DNA from: Verrucomicrobiales bacterium
GTDB taxonomy: Bacteria > Verrucomicrobiota > Verrucomicrobiia > Verrucomicrobiales > DEV007
DNA length: 64,000 nucleotides
Reading direction: 5' to 3'
Assembly: GCA_965224685.1 (NCBI GenBank)
Contig: CBDDAB010000016.1
Coordinates: 6,426 to 70,425, forward strand
The notes under the pieces are model-generated. The model did not search any database, was not told the DNA's origin, and saw only the letters and a program-made list of their open reading frames with translations. The translations under genes and the position numbers were made by a program. Positions within the stretch are counted from its first letter, which is position 1. Each line of letters opens with the position of its first letter. Shown one piece after another: positions 35,547 to 44,864 of this stretch.

Positions 35547-36140
35547 TTAGTCTTCTTCCGATGGCGTTGTTGAGTCGCTAATGCGTGGATCGATTACCGG
35601 AAACTTGATTGGCGGAAGAGGGATATCGAGGCCGCGATTGGGAGACTTTGAACCCACCATGAGATCAGCTTCAGATGGCAGCGTGGGCTTCGGCGCGAGT
35701 TCAATGGGAACCATTATGGCACTTTTCGAACTTGGGCTCAACATCTGCGGTGAAAAGGGAACGTCTTTAGCAACGTTGGCCCACGACTTCGAACCTGAGA
35801 TGAGTTCGGAGCTCTGGAATTGAGGTTCTTCTGGAACGGTCTCCTCAACTGCCTCCGCGATTCTTCTAGTAGAAAAGATGGGATTCGAAATGGACTTCGA
35901 ACTGAGAGCCAGGCCATCGGCAGTGGTGATCGGACCACCCATATCGATGAATTCCACAGGCTCGTCTTCGGGTGCGGCGGGTGTTTCAACGTTCTGCTCA
36001 ATTCTCGCTTCTCGCTTGGTGTCCGCCTTGTGTTGCGTCCACCACACGTAGCTTGCAGTGAGCGTGACCGCCGAACAAACGGCGGTGATTCCTAGCAATC
36101 GTGCGGCAAGAGATCGTGGCTGGGTGGAGGAATTGTTCAT
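35547..36140 (-). CDS. Hypothetical membrane-anchored protein. The start is taken at an internal Met because the upstream part would overlap priA.
   Basis: MNNSSTQPRSLAARLLGITAVCSAVTLTASYVWW is a TM helix, followed by a low-complexity Pro/Ser-rich periplasmic region. It lies 8 bp upstream of the hydroxylase gene. Confidence 0.4.
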   Translation of the reverse strand: MNNSSTQPRSLAARLLGITAVCSAVTLTASYVWWTQHKADTKREARIEQNVETPAAPEDEPVEFIDMGGPITTADGLALSSKSISNPIFSTRRIAEAVEETVPEEPQFQSSELISGSKSWANVAKDVPFSPQMLSPSSKSAIMVPIELAPKPTLPSEADLMVGSKSPNRGLDIPLPPIKFPVIDPRISDSTTPSEED

Positions 36141-36270
36141 GACATGGGCGTGAAGGTGAACCCATAGCAAAGGTGCCAGACGTGCGCCCTCAGAAAGTTG
36201 TAAGAAAGCCGTCATCCATCCCCCCAATAAAAGGACAGTCCTTTTAAAGAAAAAGGATTGCGCGCGTAGG

Positions 36271-38484
36271 TCAGCAGAGTTGAAAGGGATCGACATCGAC
36301 GATGACCACGACTTCCTCGGGGAAAGTCATGGCGTGGAGGGCCTTTTTGATGGGACGCATCATGGTTCCCGTATGGGGGGCGCGGAGCATGACTTGGAAG
36401 CGGTACATCCCTTGAGCGCGTTCGAGAGGGGAAGGATTCGGTTGGCCCATGATGACACTATCAGGGAGATCTTTGCGCAATCGCTGACAGAAGTTCTCAA
36501 GGGTGAATTCGGCGAGACGCTCGTTTGGAGAACGCGTGTGGATCAACACCGCGTGGGTGAAAGGCGGGAGGCGAAATTGTTGGCGAATCTCCAACTCTTG
36601 GTCGGTGTAGCCTTCGTAGTCGTGATGCCGGGCGAACTGGATGGAGGGGCTGTGCGGGGTGTAACTTTGAATGACGACTTCGCCCTCGAGTTCACCACGC
36701 CCGGCGCGTCCGGCGACTTGCAAGAGGAGCTGAAAGGTGCGTTCACCGGCGCGGAAGTCCGGCAAGTGAAGACCGAGATCGGCATTGAGAATGCCTACCA
36801 ACGTCACACTGGGAAAGTGTAAGCCTTTGGCGATCATTTGCGTGCCGATCAGCAGATCCAGCTTGCGGCTCTTGAAGGCGCGGAGCGTGTCTTTGAGCCG
36901 GTTCTTGCGTTGCATGATATCGGCATCGATGCGGGCCATCCGCAGTTTAGGAAAGACTTTGGCGATGATTTCTTCGGCGCGTTCCGTGCCGAAACCCGAA
37001 TAGAGGACCGAGGCGGATTTGCATTTGGGACATCGGCGGGGTGCGACTTGTTTGTAACCACAGATATGGCAAACGAGCCGTTGTTCGGCTAAATGATAGG
37101 TTAAGGACGTGCTGCAATGCGTGCAGCCGCAAACGTGTCCGCATTCCAGGCATTGCATGGAATTGGAATAGCCGCGCCGATTGAGAAAGAGGATGACCTG
37201 CTCGCGGCGTTCGATGCGTTGCTCAATGGCTTGGCGGAGTGGTTCTGATAGAATGGCCGGTCCCCCTTTGTGTTTGCGGCTTTCTAACTTCATGTCGATC
37301 ACGCGGACGAGTGGTAGGGCGCAATCGTCGACGCGTTCGTTCAAATGCACAATTTGGTATTTGCCACGCTTGACATTTTGAAAGGATTCGAGCGAAGGGG
37401 TGGCACTCCCTAACACCACCGCACATTTCTCCAAGCGGGACCGCATGACGGCGATATCGCGTCCGTGATAGCGTGGGTTGGTATCTTGTTTATAAGAACT
37501 CTCGTGCTCTTCATCGACGATGATGAGGCCGAGACTATCGAGCGGCGCGAAGATGGCACTTCTTGCGCCGATAACGATGCGGGCATCGCCGCGATGAATC
37601 TTGTGCCACTCATCGAATCGCTCGCCGTCGGAAAGGTGACTGTGTAAGACCGCCACCTCTCGTTGCCGGTTGGCAAACCGCGATTTGAAACGCTCCACGG
37701 TTTGCGGGGTGAGCGAGATTTCGGGAACAAGCACGATGGCGGCTTGATCATTGTCTAACACTCTTGCCGCGGCTTGCAGATAGACTTCCGTTTTTCCACT
37801 GCCGGTAACGCCGTGAAGGAGAATAGGCGGTGAGTCGGGCTGGGCGATGGCGGATTCGATAGCAGTCAAGGCCGCGCTCTGTTCCTCTGTGAGGGGGAGT
37901 GGTTCGGAGGGCAGAAACTCCTCATCCTGATGCGGGTCCCGCTCCACGCGCTGCTCGTCGACCGTGATCCAACCTTTGATCTCAAGGGCCTTGGCGGCGC
38001 TTGGATGTCGAAGCTGTGTTAGGAGCAGCGGCGCGCTGGCCACCTGGAGCTGCTCAAGCACCTCCGCTTGGCGGGGCGCACGTTTCTTCAGCGTCTCCCA
38101 TTCCTCCGGGGCGGGTGACTTGATCATCTTGGCGGCTTTCTGCAGGCGGAAGGGCGGTTCTTCGGAGCGCACGGACTCTGGGAGCATGGCGCGGAGAACG
38201 CACTCCCGGCTGGCCCCGTAATAGCCCGCCATCCACTGGGACAGCTCCAAGAGCTTTTCTGTTAGAATAGGCCGGTCGTGAATCAGTGATTGCACGTCTC
38301 GCAAACCTTTGTGAGCAACGGCGTGATCGATCAAGGCGACGACGGTGCCCTTGGCTTGCCGGCTGCGCAGGGGAATGGTGACGCGAGAACCGATGCTTAA
38401 TTTATCCGTTAGGCTCTTCGGAATACGATAGTCGAATTCAAGATCGGAAGCCCCGTCGATGGCGACGCGTGCGCAGGCGATCAC
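36271..38484 (-). CDS. priA: Primosomal protein N' (replication restart helicase PriA).
   Basis: Walker A LLHGVTGSGKTEVY, DEEH box, and a C-terminal Cys-rich zinc-binding region (CLECGHVCGCTHC...CHICGY...CPKC). Confidence 0.9.
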   Translation of the reverse strand: MIACARVAIDGASDLEFDYRIPKSLTDKLSIGSRVTIPLRSRQAKGTVVALIDHAVAHKGLRDVQSLIHDRPILTEKLLELSQWMAGYYGASRECVLRAMLPESVRSEEPPFRLQKAAKMIKSPAPEEWETLKKRAPRQAEVLEQLQVASAPLLLTQLRHPSAAKALEIKGWITVDEQRVERDPHQDEEFLPSEPLPLTEEQSAALTAIESAIAQPDSPPILLHGVTGSGKTEVYLQAAARVLDNDQAAIVLVPEISLTPQTVERFKSRFANRQREVAVLHSHLSDGERFDEWHKIHRGDARIVIGARSAIFAPLDSLGLIIVDEEHESSYKQDTNPRYHGRDIAVMRSRLEKCAVVLGSATPSLESFQNVKRGKYQIVHLNERVDDCALPLVRVIDMKLESRKHKGGPAILSEPLRQAIEQRIERREQVILFLNRRGYSNSMQCLECGHVCGCTHCSTSLTYHLAEQRLVCHICGYKQVAPRRCPKCKSASVLYSGFGTERAEEIIAKVFPKLRMARIDADIMQRKNRLKDTLRAFKSRKLDLLIGTQMIAKGLHFPSVTLVGILNADLGLHLPDFRAGERTFQLLLQVAGRAGRGELEGEVVIQSYTPHSPSIQFARHHDYEGYTDQELEIRQQFRLPPFTHAVLIHTRSPNERLAEFTLENFCQRLRKDLPDSVIMGQPNPSPLERAQGMYRFQVMLRAPHTGTMMRPIKKALHAMTFPEEVVVIVDVDPFQLC

Positions 38485-38505
38485 GGATGGTTGGGCGTAA
38501 TGAGA

Positions 38506-38943
38506 TTACGCTGGTGCGGACTCGCGCCGAACATACTGTTTGAAGAGACTCACCATGCTGAAGGTCATTTCGTGAGCGAGGTCGATGTCCGTCGTTTCCA
38601 TGGGTTCATCGAGGATATTGGAAAAGCCCTCACTGTTTTCTAGCGCCGCTTTGTCCACCAAATGAAACCCCATGCTCCAGTCCCCAAAGTTCCGTTTATC
38701 AATTGGTTGATCATAAAGCTTGTTGAGATCGGTGTGTCGGGGATCCTTGGAAATGCGGTCGTAGAGTTCGGTTACCGGTTGGGCCTCGCCTTCTAACGCT
38801 TGCAAAAAACAACCAGCTTGATAGAGTAGCAGGCCCGTGATATTCACCTGTTCATTGTTCCGGCGGGACTGATCAAGCAGTTGTTGCAGGTCTTCGGCGT
38901 TCATGGGCTGGGTGGCCCGGCTGAGGTAGATGAGCATCTTCAT
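38506..38943 (-). CDS. Short BLUF-domain blue-light photoreceptor (FAD-binding).
   Basis: BLUF signature in order: IYLSRA (conserved Tyr), ITGLLLY, FLQALEG (conserved Gln), LYDRISKDPRH, FGDWSM (Trp/Met). Size is 145 aa, like BlrB/PixD-type short BLUF proteins. Confidence 0.8.
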   Translation of the reverse strand: MKMLIYLSRATQPMNAEDLQQLLDQSRRNNEQVNITGLLLYQAGCFLQALEGEAQPVTELYDRISKDPRHTDLNKLYDQPIDKRNFGDWSMGFHLVDKAALENSEGFSNILDEPMETTDIDLAHEMTFSMVSLFKQYVRRESAPA

Positions 38944-39944
38944 GATGACGGCGGCGAGACGTTTACAGAGGATGGTTGAACGGGCTTGCGGCTCAAATCA
39001 ATCCAAAGGCTGGCGAACGCACCCGTGATGATTACGACGGTCAGCGGAATGAGGCCTGTCTTAAGATCGAGCCCCACCCAGGGCGACCATTCACGAAGGA
39101 GGGCGGCATTTTTGTCCGTGACTTCGTTGAAAAGCTTGTAGCCCAGAACCCAACCGGCATGCAAGCCGATCGGCAACCAGAGTGAGCGTGTGCGCAACCG
39201 CACCACCGCGAGGACGATGCCGATCATGAGCAAGGTGAGAAACTCGGCAATGAAGAGATTCCACTGGCCAAACATGCTGAGCGCACGGCCAAGCATCTCG
39301 AAACCAGTGTGCCAGTGGACATCCGCTTCGAGGATCTCGGGTTTCTTGGGCGCTTTGATGAAGTGGACCACCGCATAGATGATCGAAGTGATCAAAACAG
39401 CGGAGACCATTCGCAAGCGCCGCAGACAGACACCGAGAATGGCGCCGCGAAAGAAGACTTCTTCAATGATCCCGACGGCGATAGCGGAAGCCATAAACTT
39501 GGGAGCATCACCCCACTCGGGTTCGGCTTCCGGCATAAAAAGATCCATGTAGAGAAAGGCGGCTCCCATGAACAGGAGAAAGCCGGCGCCCAAGAGAAAA
39601 CCTGCTAAGAGGTCCATACCTGCGCACGGATTCTTGTGAATGCGCAGATCACGCCAGCCGCGAAAGCGAAGGGATCGAATCAAGGGAATCAAGCCTAGCA
39701 ACGCCACGATCATGACGGCCCGGTTGAAGTAACGGGCAAAGGAAGCCCGGTCGAGAGCGCCGTGGATGTAGCCGGTGACGCCGGTATCGAGCCAACCTTG
39801 GCGATGGACCGTCTTCCCCAAATGATAGAGCCACGGAGCTAATAACGCCGCGAGTATCAGGGTGAGAACGATGTAGATGACGATGTTACGCCATTCATGA
39901 CCGCCACGTTCATTCACGATCTCATGTTGGCGGGTTGAGTCCAC
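38940..39944 (-). CDS. CPBP family intramembrane glutamic endopeptidase (CAAX protease/Abi family).
   Basis: Multiple TM helices. Motif 1 EEVFFRG and a downstream His motif (AVVHF). It overlaps the BLUF gene by 4 nt. Confidence 0.75.
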   Translation of the reverse strand: MDSTRQHEIVNERGGHEWRNIVIYIVLTLILAALLAPWLYHLGKTVHRQGWLDTGVTGYIHGALDRASFARYFNRAVMIVALLGLIPLIRSLRFRGWRDLRIHKNPCAGMDLLAGFLLGAGFLLFMGAAFLYMDLFMPEAEPEWGDAPKFMASAIAVGIIEEVFFRGAILGVCLRRLRMVSAVLITSIIYAVVHFIKAPKKPEILEADVHWHTGFEMLGRALSMFGQWNLFIAEFLTLLMIGIVLAVVRLRTRSLWLPIGLHAGWVLGYKLFNEVTDKNAALLREWSPWVGLDLKTGLIPLTVVIITGAFASLWIDLSRKPVQPSSVNVSPPSS

Positions 39945-40105
39945 CGGGCAAGGACGAAACGGTGAAAGTCAAAGTGATGGGTAGGTTCTTAGCGGAACGG
40001 AACTTGCCCGCAAATATCCGCTTGAGGGGACGTCCTCTGACAGAATTACCTTCGGTGGTCCATGAACGCGCGCCCGAGCGCACCGAGCGCACCTGACAAT
40101 CCTGT

Positions 40106-40615
40106 CTACAGCTCGAGATCGAGTTGCGACCGGATGTCGTTGAGATCCGGGTCCTTGGCCGCCCAGGTCTGCAACTTGGGATCCAGCCGAAGGGCTTTGT
40201 TGATCCAGAAGACGGCTTCGGCGTGTCGCCCAAGACAGGCCAGATAACAGCCGCGATTGTAGACGGCGGTGGGCTCCACGGCGACAACAAGGTGAGCCTT
40301 TTCCAGGATCTCTAGGGCGGCCTGCGTGTGGCCCAATTCGTGCTCCGCGTAAGCGTGATTCACGAAGCCAAAGGGCATCTTGGGGTAGAGTTCAATCGCT
40401 TCCAAACAGATCTGGATCGCGTCACGCCACTCCTTCTGATCGAGACAGAGGAGGATCTGAAGTTCTAGCGTTTCAGGGCGTGTACGGTCGTCTACTGGCA
40501 GGCGTTGGAGCGCGGCTTGGCTCTCAGCTACCATACCGAGTTCGTAGTAGCCTTGGGCAGAACGCAACGACGCTAGGTCTTCGAATTCGACCTCTCGTGG
40601 ATTAATGGTCATCAA
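40106..40615 (-). CDS. TPR repeat protein.
   Basis: 169 aa with 34-residue TPR-like repeats (AQGYYELGMVAESQAALQRL..., GFVNHAYAEHELGHTQAALEILEKA). Confidence 0.55.
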   Translation of the reverse strand: MMTINPREVEFEDLASLRSAQGYYELGMVAESQAALQRLPVDDRTRPETLELQILLCLDQKEWRDAIQICLEAIELYPKMPFGFVNHAYAEHELGHTQAALEILEKAHLVVAVEPTAVYNRGCYLACLGRHAEAVFWINKALRLDPKLQTWAAKDPDLNDIRSQLDLEL

Positions 40616-40783
40616 AGGTGGGAGGATTTCAGGAGTGGAGGTGCAAGGGTAGAGATTTCAAATACCCATCTCAACTGGAAATATCAGAAATTGCTGGTGG
40701 AATTGGATAAGAGAACAAACTACTAGGCGACCGCATAGAAGCGGAGTAGAGGTGAAAAAGCGATCACGTAGATTCTAACGCCG

Positions 40784-41431
40784 ATGAGCAACAATCATTT
40801 CAGACTTTCTTTAGTGGGATTCATAATCTTGGGAGTGCTGGCCTTCAGATTCATCGCAATCGAACAAAGTCACTTCATGAATATCGCGCCCGTCGCAGCG
40901 TTGGCCGTTTGTCTTGGGATGTTCATTCCGAGAGTTTGGATCAGCGTGGCTGTCGCCATGGGATTCTTAATCCTAAGTGACTTATTCGTGAACGCTTATG
41001 TTGCGGTAAACCACTCTGAAATCGGTTTCTTCGAGCTGATTTTCTCATGGACGGTTCTTTGCCGATACATCGTTTACGGATTGATTCTCGCCGTTGCGCT
41101 TGGCCTGCGATCGCGCGGTTCAGCAGGGTTGGCTTTGGTGACCACTTTGGGCGCGAGTTTGTTCTTTTACGTGGTGATGAATACCATCGCGTGGGCGAGT
41201 TCCCCAGCGCCGCTTGCTTATGCCAAAACGCTGGGTGGCTGGTGGCAGGCCCAGACGGTGGGGCTGCCCATTCCTGGGGCGCCTCCAAGTTGGTTCTTTC
41301 TGCGTAATGCCATGATAGGTGACCTGGTTTTCACGACCCTCTTCCTCACGGCGACTCTTTGGTTGCCGGCTTGGATGCAGCGACGCGCTCTTGGCGATTC
41401 TCGCTTGAATCCTAGCGAAGACGCCGTCTAA
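40784..41431 (+). CDS. Hypothetical polytopic membrane protein.
   Basis: 215 aa with 5-6 predicted hydrophobic helices. No recognisable motif. Confidence 0.45.
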   Translation: MSNNHFRLSLVGFIILGVLAFRFIAIEQSHFMNIAPVAALAVCLGMFIPRVWISVAVAMGFLILSDLFVNAYVAVNHSEIGFFELIFSWTVLCRYIVYGLILAVALGLRSRGSAGLALVTTLGASLFFYVVMNTIAWASSPAPLAYAKTLGGWWQAQTVGLPIPGAPPSWFFLRNAMIGDLVFTTLFLTATLWLPAWMQRRALGDSRLNPSEDAV

Positions 41432-41465
41432 TCCGGTCCTTCCACCACCTAGCTAGCTCTCAATC

Positions 41466-42539
41466 ATGGCGACTACTTTGTCTCGTAGCGAATTGGCTTC
41501 CGCTGCCATCAATCAAAAGCTGACGACGGAAGAGAAGATCGGTTTTCTCCGCGATATGATGCGCATCCGCCGATTCGAACAGGCCGCACTCAAACAATAC
41601 CAAGGCGGCAAGATGGGAGGCTTTCTCCATCTTTACATCGGGCAGGAATCCGTCGCCGTGGCAACGGTTTCGTTGATGGGGGACAACGATCACGTGATCA
41701 CCGCCTACCGCGATCACGGCCACGCCCTCGCCGTGGGAATGGGGATGAACGAATGCATGGCTGAGCTTTATGGGAAGGCCACGGGATGTTCCAAAGGGAA
41801 AGGCGGTTCCATGCATTACTTCGCGCCCGACAAGAATTATTGGGGAGGCCATGGGATCGTTGCGGGGCAGACGCCTCTGGGTGCCGGTCTTGCTTATGGG
41901 TTGAAATACCAAGGGCTCACCGGCTGTTGCCTCTGTTTTCTAGGTGACGGCGCCGTGAATCAAGGAGCCTACCACGAGTCGCTCAATCTCGCCGCGCTCT
42001 TTGAGCTCCCCGTGATCTACGTCATCGAGAATAACGGCTACTCCATGGGCACGAGTCAGCAACGTTCGTCCTCTTACAAAGGCTCTCTCGCCCAACGAGC
42101 AGAGGGATATGACATGGCTTGGGATCTGGTAAACGGTGAGGATCTTTATGAATTGCGGGCCAAGACGCAGGTGGCGATTGATCGCGCGCATCAGGAATCG
42201 AAACCCACCGTTCTTGAAGTTGCGACCTATCGCTATTACGGCCATTCCGTCGCCGACGCCAATGCCAAGAAATACCGATCGCCGGAGGAAATCGAGCGTT
42301 ACAAGACCCATCACGATCCCATTAATCTCTGGCAACAAACGCTGATTGACGAAGGAGTCATCACCGAAGACAAGGCCAAAGCCATCAGTAAAGAGGCCAA
42401 GCAGGAAGCCGATGCCGCGGTGAAGTTTGCCGAAGAAAGTCCTTTTCCTGAAGTAGAGGCCATCACAGAGGACGTTTATCACGAGGTGGATCACCAGACA
42501 CCTAGCGGCCAAAGCGGCCGGCATTTCTTCCATGACTAA
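41466..42539 (+). CDS. pdhA: Pyruvate dehydrogenase E1 component alpha subunit (TPP-dependent).
   Basis: TPP-binding region GDGAVNQGAYHESLNLAALFELPVIYVIENNGY and the conserved YRYYGHS segment. Confidence 0.9.
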   Translation: MATTLSRSELASAAINQKLTTEEKIGFLRDMMRIRRFEQAALKQYQGGKMGGFLHLYIGQESVAVATVSLMGDNDHVITAYRDHGHALAVGMGMNECMAELYGKATGCSKGKGGSMHYFAPDKNYWGGHGIVAGQTPLGAGLAYGLKYQGLTGCCLCFLGDGAVNQGAYHESLNLAALFELPVIYVIENNGYSMGTSQQRSSSYKGSLAQRAEGYDMAWDLVNGEDLYELRAKTQVAIDRAHQESKPTVLEVATYRYYGHSVADANAKKYRSPEEIERYKTHHDPINLWQQTLIDEGVITEDKAKAISKEAKQEADAAVKFAEESPFPEVEAITEDVYHEVDHQTPSGQSGRHFFHD

Positions 42540-42573
42540 TCTCCAGCCTGGCAACGCTTAATTTATCGAGACC

Positions 42574-43551
42574 ATGCGCACTATCACTTATCGTGACGCC
42601 CTCAACGAGGCCCTGGCGGAAGAGATCGAACGCGATCCTAACGTCGTCATCATGGGCGAAGAAGTTGCTGAATATAACGGCGCTTACAAAGTCACTCAGG
42701 GTTTGTTAGACCGCTACGGTCCCAAGCGCGTGGTGGACACGCCCATCAGTGAGGCCGGCTTTATCGGCATGGGCATCGGCGCATCGATGTTAGGCGTACG
42801 GCCGGTCATGGAGCTCATGTTCTGGAGCTTTGCCTACGTGGCTTTTGATCAAATGATCAACAACGCGGGCTGCGTGCGCTACATGTCCGGCGGACTGATC
42901 CATTGCCCCATCGTCGTCCGCGGCCCGGCTAACGGTGGCACCAATGTGGGGGCTACCCATTCGCACACCCCGGAGAATTTTATCGGAAACACCCCCGGTC
43001 TCAAAGTCGTCTGTCCCGCCACCGCCTATGACGCCAAGGGCCTAATGAAGTCCGCGATCCGCGACAACGATCCGGTCTATGTGATGGAGAATACCATGCT
43101 CTACGGCGAACCCGGCGAAGTGCCGGAGGAAACGTATACGATTCCGTTAGGCGTAGCCGATATCAAGCGCGAGGGAACGGATGTGTCGCTCATCGCCCAT
43201 GGCCGCGCCGTGATCACCGCCTTGAAGGCGGCTGAACTCCTCGAAGCGGAGCACGATATCCAGGCGGAGGTCGTCGATATCCGTTCGGTGCGTCCGTTAG
43301 ACGAAGAGACGATTCTCAATTCCGTACGCAAGACCAATCGCGCCGTCTTGGTGGATGAAAACAAGCCATTCTGTGGCGTGAGTTCACAGATCGCCACCAC
43401 CATCCAGGAGAAAGCGTTCGATTATTTGGATGCGCCCATCATGCGCGTGTGCTCGATTGATGCCCCTGCTATTTACAGTCCTCCGTTAGAGAAATTGCAG
43501 CTTCCTCATCCTCAAGCCGTCATTGAAAAAGTCCGCGCCGTTTGTAGTTAG
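42574..43551 (+). CDS. pdhB: Pyruvate dehydrogenase E1 component beta subunit.
   Basis: Transketolase-like pyrimidine-binding and C-terminal domains (EEVAEYNGAYKVTQGLLDRYG...). 325 aa, immediately after pdhA. Confidence 0.9.
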   Translation: MRTITYRDALNEALAEEIERDPNVVIMGEEVAEYNGAYKVTQGLLDRYGPKRVVDTPISEAGFIGMGIGASMLGVRPVMELMFWSFAYVAFDQMINNAGCVRYMSGGLIHCPIVVRGPANGGTNVGATHSHTPENFIGNTPGLKVVCPATAYDAKGLMKSAIRDNDPVYVMENTMLYGEPGEVPEETYTIPLGVADIKREGTDVSLIAHGRAVITALKAAELLEAEHDIQAEVVDIRSVRPLDEETILNSVRKTNRAVLVDENKPFCGVSSQIATTIQEKAFDYLDAPIMRVCSIDAPAIYSPPLEKLQLPHPQAVIEKVRAVCS

Positions 43552-43574
43552 TTAGGTAACCCTCATTCCTCCCC

Positions 43575-44840
43575 ATGGCCACGATTATTGAAATGCCCAA
43601 GCTGAGCGATACCATGACGGAAGGTACGCTCATCAAGTGGTTGAAAAACGAAGGCGATACCATCGAAGTCGGTGACGAGATCGCCGAGATCGAGACGGAC
43701 AAAGCGACCATGAGCATGGAAGCGTTCGACGAAGGCATCCTGCACAAAGTCTACGTCAAGGAAGGCGATAAAGTGCCCTTGGGCGCCAAGCTCGCCGTGT
43801 TGTTAGAGGAAGGCGAGGATCCTTCCGAGGCAGCCAATGCGACGGCGCCCGCTGCCGCCTCCAACACCGGGACGGCTGAGGCCGAACCCCCTGCAGCCGC
43901 CACGACGCCAAGCCGCGCGCCGGTGCCCACAACGAACGCCGGCGGCAGAATCAAAGCGTCGCCTCTGGCCAGGCGTCTCGCTGCGGAGAAAGGGATCGAT
44001 CTAGCGACTGTGGGTGGCACGGGGCCGGGCGGACGCATTGTTAGTAAAGATATCGAGAACGCGCTGGTTTCTCCAGCCGCCGCACCGGCGCCCTCAGCAC
44101 CGCCACCTTCGGCTGCTCCGGCCATTCGCGCCACCGCCGGTGCGGAAGATCAGCGGATTCCTCTATCAAACATGCGCGCCATCATTGCGGAGCGTCTGTT
44201 AGCCAGCAAGACCCAGATCCCCCACTTCTACCTCAACATCGAAGTGGATGCCGCCCCGTTGATGGCCTTCCGCAAGCAGGTCAATGAGGCGGCTGAGAAG
44301 AGCGATACGCCTAACAAGTACACGATTAATGATTTCATTCTCAAGGCGGTGACCAATGCCGCGGTAGCCGTCCCTGAGGTCAACGCCTCGTTTGACGGAA
44401 ACGCCATCATCCAATTTGGCTCAGTTAATGTCAGTGTGGCCATCGCGGTCGAGGACGGTTTGGTCACGCCCGTCATGCGCGACGCCCAAGACAAGTCCTT
44501 GCTCGAGATCAGCCAGACCGTGAAGGACTTCGCTCAGCGTGCTCGCGCCAAGAAACTGCTTCCCGATGAGTTCTCAGGCGGCACCCTCACCGTTTCCAAT
44601 CTGGGGGCTTATGGCATTGATAGTTTCGACGCCATCATCAACCCGCCTCAGGCCTTCATCATTTCAGTCAGTGCTATTCGCAACGTTCCCGTGGTCGATG
44701 CCGGCAATCAAATCGTGCCTGGTCAGCGCATGAACCTTGGCATGAGTTGCGATCATCGCGTGATCGATGGCGCCGTAGGCGCGAACTACATGGCCGAGCT
44801 GCGCCGGCTCATTGAGAATCCCGCGCTCATGCTACTCTAA
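43575..44840 (+). CDS. pdhC: Dihydrolipoamide acetyltransferase E2 component.
   Basis: Lipoyl domain (EIETDKATM), Ala/Pro-rich linkers, peripheral subunit-binding domain, and catalytic motif DHRVIDGA. Confidence 0.9.
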   Translation: MATIIEMPKLSDTMTEGTLIKWLKNEGDTIEVGDEIAEIETDKATMSMEAFDEGILHKVYVKEGDKVPLGAKLAVLLEEGEDPSEAANATAPAAASNTGTAEAEPPAAATTPSRAPVPTTNAGGRIKASPLARRLAAEKGIDLATVGGTGPGGRIVSKDIENALVSPAAAPAPSAPPPSAAPAIRATAGAEDQRIPLSNMRAIIAERLLASKTQIPHFYLNIEVDAAPLMAFRKQVNEAAEKSDTPNKYTINDFILKAVTNAAVAVPEVNASFDGNAIIQFGSVNVSVAIAVEDGLVTPVMRDAQDKSLLEISQTVKDFAQRARAKKLLPDEFSGGTLTVSNLGAYGIDSFDAIINPPQAFIISVSAIRNVPVVDAGNQIVPGQRMNLGMSCDHRVIDGAVGANYMAELRRLIENPALMLL

Positions 44841-44864
44841 TTCTCTCAGTCACCTCATCAAGTC

